This document shows positions 1-10,154 of a DNA stretch of 64,000 nt, one piece after another (within the stretch, counting starts at the first letter, position 1; each line of letters starts with the position of its first letter). The stretch is from positions 3,250 through 67,249 of the forward strand of contig CAAHET010000093.1 in the NCBI GenBank assembly GCA_900772565.1, written 5' to 3'. Below the pieces are notes generated by a model that was not told the DNA's origin, did no database searches, and saw nothing but the letters and a program-made list of their open reading frames with translations. Source of the DNA: an uncultured Faecalibacterium sp. Lineage in GTDB: Bacteria > Bacillota > Clostridia > Oscillospirales > Ruminococcaceae. Position numbers and translations under genes: made by a program.

Positions 1-177
1 TGGATGGAAGTTTCAAAGGATGAATACGAATTGCCGTTAGCTGTGGCGGATTCGGCTTTAGAACTTGCAAAGGTTTTAGGGCTGAAAGATGAAAATTCGG
101 TCATATCTTCTGTAAGCAGAGCGAAACGCGGCGGCTATTGGTGCAAATACAAACGTGTTCCTTATCTGAAAGAGTAG
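1..177 (+). CDS. hypothetical phage early protein, probably the 3' part of a gene that starts upstream of the window
   Basis: Open frame from the window start to TAG at 175-177 with an internal ATG at 4. No recognisable motif. Confidence 0.2.
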   Translation, partial: WMEVSKDEYELPLAVADSALELAKVLGLKDENSVISSVSRAKRGGYWCKYKRVPYLKE

Positions 178-410
178 GTGATCTAATGGAAGATGAGGTT
201 ATTTTAATGTCCCCGCCCGGTGCTACTAGGAGTAAGCGGCACAGATTTTGCAAGGTTGAACACAACGGTAAAAGCTACTGGGTAGACCTGACGGCAACCC
301 GTAGATTACGGGGCATTGACAGCGCAAGGCTGTACACGCTGAAAGATGGTCGGCTGATTGTTGCAAGGCTGGTTCGTGTGTCTGTTCTTCGCTCACAGGG
401 GGTGATCTGA
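138..410 (+). CDS. hypothetical phage early protein
   Basis: 90-aa ORF. The start may instead be the ATG at 186. No motif recognised. Confidence 0.3.
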   Translation: MVQIQTCSLSERVGDLMEDEVILMSPPGATRSKRHRFCKVEHNGKSYWVDLTATRRLRGIDSARLYTLKDGRLIVARLVRVSVLRSQGVI

Positions 411-709
411 TGACAAGGACTGACAGAGAATCCGATCCGGGTGAATCCTTTGACGGGGGCTATCACCTTTATGCAAAGGAAAAACATAAGGAACGAGTTG
501 CAAAAAATTCTGAACGGATTGACTACGCAATCAAGCAATTTGAGTTGAACAACATTGAATTCACCTTGAAAAATGAGCAAAGCGGGCATTTCCATTGTAG
601 AAGAAAGTCAGATGATAAGCTGTTTCAGTTTTGGGCTGGAACGGGGAAAATCCTTGGATATGACCGTTTGCGTGGAATTCATTCACTTATCAAATTATTG
701 TTGGGGTGA
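410..709 (+). CDS. hypothetical phage protein
   Basis: 99-aa ORF in the early gene array. No motif recognised. Confidence 0.35.
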   Translation: MTRTDRESDPGESFDGGYHLYAKEKHKERVAKNSERIDYAIKQFELNNIEFTLKNEQSGHFHCRRKSDDKLFQFWAGTGKILGYDRLRGIHSLIKLLLG

Positions 710-713
710 TGCA

Positions 714-1127
714 ATGGCAGAAGAAAAACTTTTTGAAAAACGCCTTGAGCGTTATTTGGAAAAGCAAGGCATTTATCCTTTTGGCCGTGCCGCTGATCGG
801 ATGCCCGTTCCGCCCATTGGATACTATGAAAAGCGTTGGGGCGGCGGGTTTTCTAAGTCCGGCTTGCCTGATCTGCACCTTGTCGCCAACGCAATCAGCC
901 TTGATGTGGAGTTGAAAGCCCCCACGGGCAGACCGTCCCCGCTTCAAAAGTTCATGGTATCCCAAATCAACAACGCCGGGTCTATCGGTGTGATCCTTTA
1001 CCCCGATGGATTCGAGGACTTCAAAAAACTGTTAGAGGGGGTGATCCAGTGCAATACTCACATTCCCGTGTTGAATGCTTTGAAAAATGCCCATTCAAGT
1101 ACCAAATGCGCTATCTTCAGCGGTTGA
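714..1127 (+). CDS. VRR-NUC domain nuclease (PD-(D/E)XK fold)
   Basis: ATG at 714 inside the listed ORF 573..1127. The motif GLPDLHLV...LDVELKAPTGRPSPLQ matches the VRR-NUC D...E-K pattern common in phage replication modules. Confidence 0.5.
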   Translation: MAEEKLFEKRLERYLEKQGIYPFGRAADRMPVPPIGYYEKRWGGGFSKSGLPDLHLVANAISLDVELKAPTGRPSPLQKFMVSQINNAGSIGVILYPDGFEDFKKLLEGVIQCNTHIPVLNALKNAHSSTKCAIFSG

Positions 1128-2836
1128 ACACCCTGCCCCCGGATGAAGCGGACAGCCCGTTGATTTTGGGAACGGCGTTACACACTGGCATTGAAGAAAG
1201 CCTTGAAGCGGCTATCAAAAAATACTGTTCCAGCTATCCGATTATCACGGATGAACACATTAACGAGGTTATCAAGCTGGAACACGTTATCCCGCTGGCA
1301 AGGGCAGGAATCCCGCCCGGTGGTGCGTTTGAAGTCCCTATTATGGACAAGGACTTTGTGGGTTACATTGATTACCTTGTGCCGATCAACAAAGTTGATG
1401 GTACTGAATATTTTGATCTCTACGACTTCAAATATTCAAACAATGTTCAAAGTTACAAGAAATCTAATCAGTTGCACCTTTACAAGTATTTCTTTGAGCG
1501 GGACAACCCCGGCAAGAAGATTAGAAACCTGTATCTGTTCTTTGTTCCAAAAGTCCAGATTCGGCAAAAGAAAGGTGAAACGCTTCTTGATTTTAGGGAG
1601 CGGCTGAAAGACGAACTTGTCGGGGTTGATGTTAAAACGGTTCAAGTGGAGTTCGATTATTCAAAAGTGATTGAATTTCTGCTTGCGATAAAGACAGTGA
1701 ACGAAACAACAGAGTTCACAAAAACAGAATCGTACTTGTGCCGATTCTGTGAGTATCAAGATTTTTGCGAGAAAGGATGGGATTTTATGATTCTCCCCGA
1801 AAACAAACGCCGCAACATTGAACAGGTTCACAAGCGCAAGCTGTGGATTTATGGCGCACCGTTCAGCGGCAAAACCACTTTCGCCAACACTTTCCCTGAT
1901 CCGCTTATGCTCAACACTGACGGTAATGTTGAGAACGTGGACGCGCCTTATATCCCTATCCGCGATAACGTCAAGGTTGAGGGGCGCATGACAAAGCGCA
2001 CCCTTGCGTGGGAAGTGTTCAAGGATACCATTTCCGAACTGGAAAAAAAGCAGAACACCTTTAAGACCATCGTTGTTGATCTGCTGGAAGATACTTATGA
2101 ATCTTGCCGGGTCTATATGTATCAGCAGATGGGCATTACCCATGAATCTGATGATTCTTTCCGGGCGTGGGATAAGGTGCGCGGTGAGTACCTGAACACC
2201 ATGAAGCGGCTTATGGTGCTGGACTATGAAAACATCGTGCTTATTTCCCATGAGGATATGAGCAAGGATATTACCCGCAAGGGCGGCGATAAGATCACGG
2301 CTATTAAGCCCGCTGGACTGCCTGACAAGGTAGCTAACAAGGTTGCGGGTATGGTTGACGTGGTTGCCCGTATCGTGGCCGATGGCGAAACCCGCACGTT
2401 CTCTTTCAAGTCCAATGAGGTTGTCTTTGGTGGTGGCCGCTTGCGTGTCGCCGCAAAGGATCTTCCGCTTGATGTGGATGCGCTCTTTGCCGTGTACGAT
2501 GAAGCCAACAAGAACGCCGCAAACGGCGTATCTGAAAACAAGCCGCAAACCGAAAGCACTGAACGAGCCGGGCGTTCCCGCCGTAAGGCAGGGGAAACGC
2601 CTGTCACCCCGGCAGAGAAGCCGCAGGAACAGCCTGAACAGGTCGAACCTGTAAACGATACGCCCGCAGAAGAAACCCCGCAGGAAGCCCCCGCAGAGGG
2701 TGAGAGCGCGCCCGCCGAAAACGCCGATGATGGCAACCCCCCGATGGATGGAGCGGTTGAAGTTCCTGCGCCCAATGCACAGCCCGAACAGCCCCCCGAA
2801 CACCCCCGCCGTAAGCGCAGAGCGCGGGAAGCCTAA
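1049..2836 (+). CDS. fusion protein: N-terminal Cas4/RecB-like PD-(D/E)XK exonuclease plus C-terminal Sak4-like RecA-fold ATPase, with a low-complexity P/E/A-rich tail
   Basis: The N-terminal part carries the nuclease motifs and the terminal Cys cluster CRFCEYQDFC. From about aa 260 there is a Walker A motif GAPFSGKTT and an AAA_24/Sak4-like core. It is a single 595-aa ORF. Confidence 0.6.
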   Translation: MQYSHSRVECFEKCPFKYQMRYLQRLNTLPPDEADSPLILGTALHTGIEESLEAAIKKYCSSYPIITDEHINEVIKLEHVIPLARAGIPPGGAFEVPIMDKDFVGYIDYLVPINKVDGTEYFDLYDFKYSNNVQSYKKSNQLHLYKYFFERDNPGKKIRNLYLFFVPKVQIRQKKGETLLDFRERLKDELVGVDVKTVQVEFDYSKVIEFLLAIKTVNETTEFTKTESYLCRFCEYQDFCEKGWDFMILPENKRRNIEQVHKRKLWIYGAPFSGKTTFANTFPDPLMLNTDGNVENVDAPYIPIRDNVKVEGRMTKRTLAWEVFKDTISELEKKQNTFKTIVVDLLEDTYESCRVYMYQQMGITHESDDSFRAWDKVRGEYLNTMKRLMVLDYENIVLISHEDMSKDITRKGGDKITAIKPAGLPDKVANKVAGMVDVVARIVADGETRTFSFKSNEVVFGGGRLRVAAKDLPLDVDALFAVYDEANKNAANGVSENKPQTESTERAGRSRRKAGETPVTPAEKPQEQPEQVEPVNDTPAEETPQEAPAEGESAPAENADDGNPPMDGAVEVPAPNAQPEQPPEHPRRKRRAREA

Positions 2837-2867
2837 TCACAACCGACTGTAAGAAAGGACTATAACG

Positions 2868-3338
2868 ATGAGCATTTTTGATGAATTTGACGCTAACTTT
2901 GATACCGCTGGTTTGGCGAAAGATGCCGCTGAAGCCGCAAAGAACGGCAACACCCGCCGTGAAGTTCCCCACGGTACTTATGAGGTGGAGATCAATAAGC
3001 TGGAACTGGGTAAGAGCAAAAAGGGTGATCCCATGTTCTCTTGCTGGTTTAAGATTCTCACGGGTGAGTACAAGGGAAGCATGATCTTCCTCAACCAGAT
3101 CGTGACGCAGGGTTTCCAGATCGGCATTGTGGACGAGTTCTTGCGTTCTCTTATGTCCGAAATGGATGCACCGATCCCCGTTCAGTTTCAGACCTACAAT
3201 CAGTACAACAATCTGATTCTGGATATTATGGAAGCCATTGACGGGAACTTTGAGTACGCTTTGGAGTACGGCGAGAACAAAAAGGGCTTTAACACGTTCA
3301 AGATCACGGAAGTTTACGCCCTTGTGGACGAGGACTAA
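2868..3338 (+). CDS. phage protein, DUF669-like (ssDNA-binding candidate often linked to Sak4)
   Basis: 156 aa, acidic, lying immediately downstream of the Sak4-like ATPase. The family assignment rests on position and composition only. Confidence 0.3.
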   Translation: MSIFDEFDANFDTAGLAKDAAEAAKNGNTRREVPHGTYEVEINKLELGKSKKGDPMFSCWFKILTGEYKGSMIFLNQIVTQGFQIGIVDEFLRSLMSEMDAPIPVQFQTYNQYNNLILDIMEAIDGNFEYALEYGENKKGFNTFKITEVYALVDED

Positions 3339-3404
3339 GCCCCGGCTTGTGACCTGACAAGATAAACAGGCGGGCGGGTATGGTGGGAATTTCAAAGAAA
3401 GAGG

Positions 3405-5123
3405 GTGATTGCTATTTTATTCTACGATTTTGAGGTTTTCGCTTATGACTGGCTTGTTGTTATTATTGATATGGTGGAGAAGAAAACCCACGTCATTATC
3501 AATGACAAAGCGGAACTTGAAGCCTTTTATGAAGCGCATAAAACCCGAATTTGGGTAGGATTCAACAGCCGCCACTACGATCAATACATCTTACAAGGGA
3601 TTCTGTGCGGATTCAACGCTAAGAAGCTGAATGATTACATCATTGTCAAGGGTAAACCCGGCTGGCAGTATAGCAACCTCTTAAAGAGTTACCCGCTTCT
3701 TAATTACGATGTAATGTTGAATACCGATGTGGGCTTGAAGTCCTTTGAGGGTTTCATGGGGAACGATATTCGGGAAACGGAAGTACCCTTTAACCTTGAC
3801 CGCAAGTTGACGGATGCAGAGATCAAACAGACCGTTTTTTATTGCACCCATGACGTTGAACAAACTATACAAGTTTTCATGCGCCGAACGCAAGAGTTCA
3901 ACACCATGATGTATTTTATCAAACACTTTGAACTAGGAATTGAATACATTTCCAAAACCAAACCACAGCTTGCCGCAACTATTTTGGGCGGCAACAGGAA
4001 AGGCGCAAGTTTTGATGATGAATTTGATTTCCCAATCCTGCCGTGTTTGCGCTTGAACAAATACAAGCATATTGCGGACTGGTACGCAAATCCTGAAAAC
4101 CACGATTACGAGAAAAAGCAGGGTAAGCAGATGATCGCCGGGGTTGAACATACCTTTGCATGGGGCGGTGGACACGGTGCGCGGGCTAAGTATTCCGCCG
4201 ATGGCGTGTTCATCATCATTGACGTTACCGCCTATTACCCGTCTTTGCAGAAACAATATCACTTCGGCTATCGGGTAATGGATCACCCTGAAAACTTTGA
4301 GTTTATCCACGATTCCAACATAGCCTTTAAGCGCAAGGGCGACAAGAAAGCCCGTCAGCCGTTCAAGATCATGGATAACGCCATTTCCGGGCAGATGAAA
4401 CAAAAATCATCCGCCTTGTATGACCCCATGAGCAACAACGCCATCTGTATCAATGGACAGCTTTTGTTGCTTGACCTTGTGGAACATCTTGAGGGGCATT
4501 GTGAGCTGATCCAGAACAACACGGATGGTATCATTGTTAAGGTCGCGGACTATGACCGGGATTTTGAAGTTTTGGATGATATTGTTTGGGAGTGGGAACA
4601 GCGCACAGGTATGCGCATGGATTTTGATACTTACTTTGGAACGATCTATCAGAAAGACGTTAATAATTATCTGTTGGTTGACCGGGAAACGGGTGCAGTA
4701 AAGCGCAAGGGCGGCTATGTTATGAAGCTGGACGATCTAAGTTATGATCTCCCCATTATAAACAAAGCCCTTGTTGATTACATGATCCATCAAATCCCGG
4801 TGCGCCGGACGATTTCAGAGTGTCAAGACCTACGCGAATTTCAGCTTGTTTCCCGGATCAGTAGCAAGTATACGCATATCATGTACGGCGATAAGCCGTT
4901 GAAAGAACGGTGCATCCGCATTTTTGCTTCTACTGATCCAAACGATCCCGGCGTGAAGAAAGTAAAAGCGTCCAGTGGTCGGTTGGAAAAACTGCAAAAC
5001 TCCCCGGAACACTGTTTCATCTATAACGATGATGTAAAAGATGTTCGAGTGCCGGACAAGCTGGATCGTCAATGGTACATCAATTTTGCAAACAAACGTC
5101 TTGAAGATTTTGGAGTAAGTTAA
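3405..5123 (+). CDS. family-B DNA polymerase with an N-terminal DEDDy 3'-5' exonuclease
   Basis: Exo I motif YDFEVF, Exo II motif NSRHYDQYIL, motif A-like DVTAYYPSL (Dx2SLYPS pattern) and motif C-like NNTDGIIV (YxDTDS pattern). 572 aa. Confidence 0.55.
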   Translation: MIAILFYDFEVFAYDWLVVIIDMVEKKTHVIINDKAELEAFYEAHKTRIWVGFNSRHYDQYILQGILCGFNAKKLNDYIIVKGKPGWQYSNLLKSYPLLNYDVMLNTDVGLKSFEGFMGNDIRETEVPFNLDRKLTDAEIKQTVFYCTHDVEQTIQVFMRRTQEFNTMMYFIKHFELGIEYISKTKPQLAATILGGNRKGASFDDEFDFPILPCLRLNKYKHIADWYANPENHDYEKKQGKQMIAGVEHTFAWGGGHGARAKYSADGVFIIIDVTAYYPSLQKQYHFGYRVMDHPENFEFIHDSNIAFKRKGDKKARQPFKIMDNAISGQMKQKSSALYDPMSNNAICINGQLLLLDLVEHLEGHCELIQNNTDGIIVKVADYDRDFEVLDDIVWEWEQRTGMRMDFDTYFGTIYQKDVNNYLLVDRETGAVKRKGGYVMKLDDLSYDLPIINKALVDYMIHQIPVRRTISECQDLREFQLVSRISSKYTHIMYGDKPLKERCIRIFASTDPNDPGVKKVKASSGRLEKLQNSPEHCFIYNDDVKDVRVPDKLDRQWYINFANKRLEDFGVS

Positions 5124-5124
5124 A

Positions 5125-5505
5125 ATGGACGATTTTTATAAAACCTGTCGTTGGTGTCGCTGGAATAAGAACGGCGAGTGTCAGCACAGCGGCACTTTTG
5201 CCGTGGACTCCCTCAAAGCGGAGTGCAGATTAGATGATGGGATCATTTATGAAGCGGTCAAGGAAGCCTTTTCAGATAAGACTTTTGCAAACCTGAAAAG
5301 GAATCTTGAAAGTTCACTTTCAAAGAAAAAGGCGAATTTGTTCTATCAAGAGTTCTTGCAGGAACTTGAAGATATGCAACGTGATTGGGCGATGGCTATT
5401 GATGATGCTGTGAGCGCAAAGATCAATTATGAACTTGAGGGCGTGAATGGGCTTTCCGTAGAACTTGCCGATGAAGATTCGTTTTGCTGTAAGTATTGGG
5501 AATAA
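5125..5505 (+). CDS. hypothetical protein with an N-terminal Cys4 zinc-ribbon-like motif
   Basis: The N-terminus reads CRWCRWNKNGEC. No further homology recognised. Confidence 0.35.
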   Translation: MDDFYKTCRWCRWNKNGECQHSGTFAVDSLKAECRLDDGIIYEAVKEAFSDKTFANLKRNLESSLSKKKANLFYQEFLQELEDMQRDWAMAIDDAVSAKINYELEGVNGLSVELADEDSFCCKYWE

Positions 5506-5520
5506 GGACGGTGATAAATT

Positions 5521-7413
5521 TTGTTCTTTCGCGGATATGTTGAAACCAAAGATAAACAGTGCGTGGAGAAGTTCAAGGGCAGGACGGACTTTAAGACCTA
5601 TGAACAGGTGAAGTCTTTACCAGAGTTCGCCGGGATTCTGGCAGAAGATACGATCCTTGTTGATCTGGACGATGGGGAAAGTTCGGATGTTCTGTTCAAA
5701 GTTGTTCAAGATTATTCTTTGAACTGCCGCGTTTATCGTACCACGCGGGGCAAGCACTTCTTGTTCAAAAATAGCGGCGTGGGCGGCTGTAAGACCCATT
5801 GCACCCTTGCAATCGGCTTGAAAGCTGATATTAAGGTGGGCGTGAAAAGTTCCTATGAAGTGCTTAAATACGGCGGCGTAGAGCGTGAAATCCTCTATGA
5901 TACCGCCGAAAATGAGCAAGCGCAACCGCTCCCCCGGTGGCTGTTTCCCGTTCGTAGTAAGATGGCGTTTCTTGATATGGAAGAGGGGGACGGGCGAAAT
6001 CAAGCCCTGTTCAACTACATTCTGACCCTACAAAGCAATGATTTTACCGTGGAAGAAGCACGGGAAACCATTCGGATCATCAATAAGTATGTGTTGAAAG
6101 TTCCGCTGTCAGACAGCGAGATTGAAACTATCTTACGGGATGATTCGTTCAAGAAACCCGTTTTCTACAACGGTAGCACGTTCTTGTTTGATAAGTTCGC
6201 TATCTTCCTGAAGAACAACGCCCATATCATCAAGATCAATAATCAGTTGCACATTTACAAGGACGGTATCTATACCGCTGGATATGGCGAGATTGAAGCC
6301 GCTATGATTAAGCACATCCCCGATCTAAACCGTGCAAAGCGGTCTGAAGTCGTTGATTATCTTGATCTGTTGATTCGGGATAACACCAAACCAGAGGACG
6401 CGCACCTGATCGCCTTTAAGAACGGCCTGTATAACATCATTGACGGTTCTTTTGCGGGCTTTACCCCGGAACACATTATCACCAATAAGATTCCTTGGGA
6501 CTATACGCCGGGGGCTTATTGCGAACTGGCAGACAAGACCCTTGATAACATTGCTTGCCATGATGCACAGGTGCGTTTACTACTGGAAGAAGCTATTGGT
6601 TATTGCTTCTACCGCTGGAACGAACTTGGAAAGGCTTTTATCCTGACAGGTGACAAAAGCAACGGTAAATCAACCTATCTGTCTATGGTGCAAAATCTTT
6701 TAGGTGAAGAAAACATTTGCGCTCTGGACTTGAAAGAACTTGGAGATCGCTTTAAGACCGCCGAAATGTTCGGCAAATTGGCGAACATTGGCGACGATAT
6801 AGGCGACGAGTTTATAGCAAACCCCGCCGTTTTTAAGAAGCTGGTAACGGGTGATCGCGTGTCTGCTGAACGCAAGGGGCAAAACCCGTTTGAGTTCAAC
6901 AACTATTCAAAGTTCTTGTTTTCTGCAAACCAGATTCCCCGTATCAAGGACAAAACGGGCGCAGTTCAGCGGCGTTTGGTTATTATCCCGTTCGATGCCA
7001 ATTTCTCAAAGGATAAGGCGGGCTTTGATCCCACCATCAAGCACAAGTTAAAGTCCCCGGAAACGATGGAATATCTTATCAATCTTGGGCTTGCTGGCCT
7101 GAAGCGTATTCTTGAAAATCGTGGTTTTACCGATTCGGACAAGGTAAAGAAAGCTCTGGACGAATACGAGGAAGATAACAACCCGATTTTGGGCTTTTTC
7201 AAAGAGTGCGAGGATGAAGATTTTCATATTGAAGATAACACGACTGATCTTGTTTATTCGCGGTATCAAGAATACTGCTTAGCTAACAACTTACAGGCCA
7301 TGAGCAAAACCGCCTTTTCCCGGCAGATCGCCCGAAATCTGCATCTTCACACAGAGGTTAGGCGGATCGGAAAAAAGACAGCCCGGTTTTATGTTGCAGG
7401 GGATCAGAAATAA
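5521..7413 (+). CDS. phage primase (prim-pol-like N-terminal domain) fused to an SF3 (P4/D5-type) helicase
   Basis: ILVDLDDGE catalytic acidic cluster, then Walker A ILTGDKSNGKST and Walker B VIIPFD in a D5_N/PriCT-type arrangement. 630 aa. Confidence 0.75.
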   Translation: MFFRGYVETKDKQCVEKFKGRTDFKTYEQVKSLPEFAGILAEDTILVDLDDGESSDVLFKVVQDYSLNCRVYRTTRGKHFLFKNSGVGGCKTHCTLAIGLKADIKVGVKSSYEVLKYGGVEREILYDTAENEQAQPLPRWLFPVRSKMAFLDMEEGDGRNQALFNYILTLQSNDFTVEEARETIRIINKYVLKVPLSDSEIETILRDDSFKKPVFYNGSTFLFDKFAIFLKNNAHIIKINNQLHIYKDGIYTAGYGEIEAAMIKHIPDLNRAKRSEVVDYLDLLIRDNTKPEDAHLIAFKNGLYNIIDGSFAGFTPEHIITNKIPWDYTPGAYCELADKTLDNIACHDAQVRLLLEEAIGYCFYRWNELGKAFILTGDKSNGKSTYLSMVQNLLGEENICALDLKELGDRFKTAEMFGKLANIGDDIGDEFIANPAVFKKLVTGDRVSAERKGQNPFEFNNYSKFLFSANQIPRIKDKTGAVQRRLVIIPFDANFSKDKAGFDPTIKHKLKSPETMEYLINLGLAGLKRILENRGFTDSDKVKKALDEYEEDNNPILGFFKECEDEDFHIEDNTTDLVYSRYQEYCLANNLQAMSKTAFSRQIARNLHLHTEVRRIGKKTARFYVAGDQK

Positions 7414-7426
7414 AGAGGTGAATACT

Positions 7427-8031
<605 letters not shown>

Positions 8032-8033
8032 GC

Positions 8034-8600
8034 ATGGAAAAACTTCACTTTCAAGCAAAATCTACGGCTAATTTTGTGAAGCTGGGTTGCACTATCCTTT
8101 TTGAAAAGGGAAACAGAATGGATGATCTTGGGGCGGTGTGGCATGAGTATTTTAACGGTGACACAGGAGATCGGCTTTTTCAACGGTTTATGGAAGAAGC
8201 CTTTCCGAATGGGTGCGTTATCGGAGAAAAAGAGTTGATGCAGATCACCAATAAAGCAATTAGCTTTTTAGAAACAGACGTTTCAGCCCTTGAAGCTAAG
8301 GCGACTATTGATAAAAGGCGGTTTGCTTACTGGGTATATTTTGCCCCTACTCATACAGTTTCCGGGTGCTGGTTTGCAGAACATGAAGAAACCGTGATAC
8401 AAATTTTAACAAATTATTTCGGGAAATCCATTGAGGATTTCACCCCCGATGATCTAAAGCGATTTATTATCGCTTCTTTTGAGATTCGTTCGGATAATTC
8501 GTCCGTTCGTTCGATTGCGGATGATGCCGAATTTATTCAAAGAGCCGTTCGCACAAGGTCGGTTCGATTAAAAGAAAGGATGGAACACTATGGAGTATGA
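8034..8600 (+). CDS. hypothetical phage protein
   Basis: ATG at 8034 within the listed ORF 8019..8600. No motif recognised. Confidence 0.4.
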   Translation: MEKLHFQAKSTANFVKLGCTILFEKGNRMDDLGAVWHEYFNGDTGDRLFQRFMEEAFPNGCVIGEKELMQITNKAISFLETDVSALEAKATIDKRRFAYWVYFAPTHTVSGCWFAEHEETVIQILTNYFGKSIEDFTPDDLKRFIIASFEIRSDNSSVRSIADDAEFIQRAVRTRSVRLKERMEHYGV

Positions 8601-9075
8601 GTTGGTTTATGGTCTGCCCAAAGCTGAAGTTCTGGCACAGATGGCAGAGGAACTTACTGAAGCGGCACAGGCGGCGTTAAAGTTGCGCCGCGCTATGAAT
8701 GGGGCAAACCCCACGCCTATTTCCGTTGATACGGGCATGAACAACCTAATTGAAGAACTAGCGGACTGTCAGCTTTGCGAGGATATTTTCTTTCACGGGA
8801 TGGCGACACAGTGCGTGAATCATGCGTACAGGGAAATTGACCGTATCAAGAGTGAGAAGATGGAACGCTGGGAAACCCGCCTTGAATCGGCTAAGATGCG
8901 CCTGTATGCGGTAGCCGTAGGCACTAAGGACACGATCAAGGATATTATCACGGTTTCCGCTATCAATCCCGCCCCGGCTAAGAAGCTGGCAAAAGAACTG
9001 TATCACAAGATGCACCCCACAACCCCGATTGAACAGCTTGAAGCTGATATTGTAGAGCGGGGGCGTAACTGGTAA
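8590..9075 (+). CDS. putative MazG-like nucleotide pyrophosphohydrolase
   Basis: EELTEAAQA and LIEELADCQLCED resemble the MazG EExxE / ExxD helices. Weak evidence. Confidence 0.35.
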   Translation: MEYELVYGLPKAEVLAQMAEELTEAAQAALKLRRAMNGANPTPISVDTGMNNLIEELADCQLCEDIFFHGMATQCVNHAYREIDRIKSEKMERWETRLESAKMRLYAVAVGTKDTIKDIITVSAINPAPAKKLAKELYHKMHPTTPIEQLEADIVERGRNW

Positions 9076-9497
9076 TGCACGTTTATTCAACTAAGTTCAA
9101 GAAGAACGTGAACTTGCCGTATGCAAAGGTAGGCAAACAGGTTTTTAGAAGCCTATACGATGCCGAAACCTATTGCGGGGAAAACGGCCTTGACCCGGAT
9201 TCAGCGATTGAATACGGGAACAATCCAGACCTTAGAAACCAATGTGCAGAAATCGCCAAATATCAAAAAGCCGTTCTTCGCCGTACTAAAAACAAAATCC
9301 TAAAGCAGATTGAAAAGTTGCGTGCGGATATTGAAAGGGATAGCGAAAGGCTGAAATCCTGTCACCATCTGGATGAACGATCTTGCGAGGATAGGTTACA
9401 TGAAGATGTTGCCAAACATACGGCAATGTATGACGCGCTAAAAATTGTTTCCGATATGGTTACAGAACTTGAATGGTTATCCAACTGGAAAGATTGA
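9075..9497 (+). CDS. hypothetical phage protein
   Basis: 140-aa ORF coupled to the preceding gene by an ATGA-type overlap. Confidence 0.4.
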   Translation: MHVYSTKFKKNVNLPYAKVGKQVFRSLYDAETYCGENGLDPDSAIEYGNNPDLRNQCAEIAKYQKAVLRRTKNKILKQIEKLRADIERDSERLKSCHHLDERSCEDRLHEDVAKHTAMYDALKIVSDMVTELEWLSNWKD

Positions 9498-9508
9498 AAG
9501 GACTGACT

Positions 9509-9724
9509 ATGAACAATCCGGCTAATCCCAAATGCAACGCAGAGGGGTATAACGATCCAACGGCGTTTTATGGTACACAGAAAATCGTTCGGGAAGAATC
9601 GGAAACCGAACGGCGGGCGAATGAGCTTATCAAGGTGTTAAAGTTCATTATTCGTTCAACGGGCTTTGAACTGATTGAACGTGTTAAGATTCGTGACGTG
9701 AAAACTGGAAAGGAGTTCAGATAA
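9509..9724 (+). CDS. hypothetical small phage protein
   Basis: Internal ATG (MNNPANPK) within the listed ORF 9473..9724. Confidence 0.3.
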   Translation: MNNPANPKCNAEGYNDPTAFYGTQKIVREESETERRANELIKVLKFIIRSTGFELIERVKIRDVKTGKEFR

Positions 9725-9897
9725 TGAACATTGATGAACGCTATCGGGCGGCAGAGGATGAAGCCCAACTTGAGTACATCAAGCAGTGGAGGGAGCGCAA
9801 GCGCAAGAAAGAGGACAGGCGCAAGGACTATTGGATGAAAGCCGTTTTGCATTTGCGGATGTTCTTTGATATGCTTTTTAAGTTCATTAAGGGGTGA
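9724..9897 (+). CDS. hypothetical small basic protein (57 aa)
   Basis: ATG at 9724, TGA at 9895-9897, KR-rich. It falls below the ORF-track length cut-off. Confidence 0.25.
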   Translation: MNIDERYRAAEDEAQLEYIKQWRERKRKKEDRRKDYWMKAVLHLRMFFDMLFKFIKG

Positions 9898-10154
9898 TAA
9901 CAATGGGGATGCTTGCACAAATCAGTGATGCGGTAAACGCCGCTTTTGCAGAGTATAAGAAAGAGTTTGGGGAAAACACCCAAATCACCGATGGTACAGA
10001 GTTTGTCACGGTGTTCAATAACTGTGCGCTGATCGTCCGGGCAGAGGGTGACACGCTCAAAACGGAGTTTATCGGCGGCAAGCCGTATCAAGTAGATATG
10101 AGCCTTGCAATTTATGATGAGGTGGAAAAGAATGGACAGATTCAAATTGACTAA
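9894..10154 (+). CDS. hypothetical phage protein
   Basis: 86-aa ORF with alternative ATGs at 9903 and 9909. Confidence 0.35.
   Translation: MITMGMLAQISDAVNAAFAEYKKEFGENTQITDGTEFVTVFNNCALIVRAEGDTLKTEFIGGKPYQVDMSLAIYDEVEKNGQIQID

Noticed and set aside
3405-5123. Protein-primed (phi29-like) replication mode
   Set aside because: PolB size and motifs fit phi29. However, the element is integrated, encodes a terminase and portal for dsDNA packaging, and has a separate primase/helicase. No terminal protein was evident.
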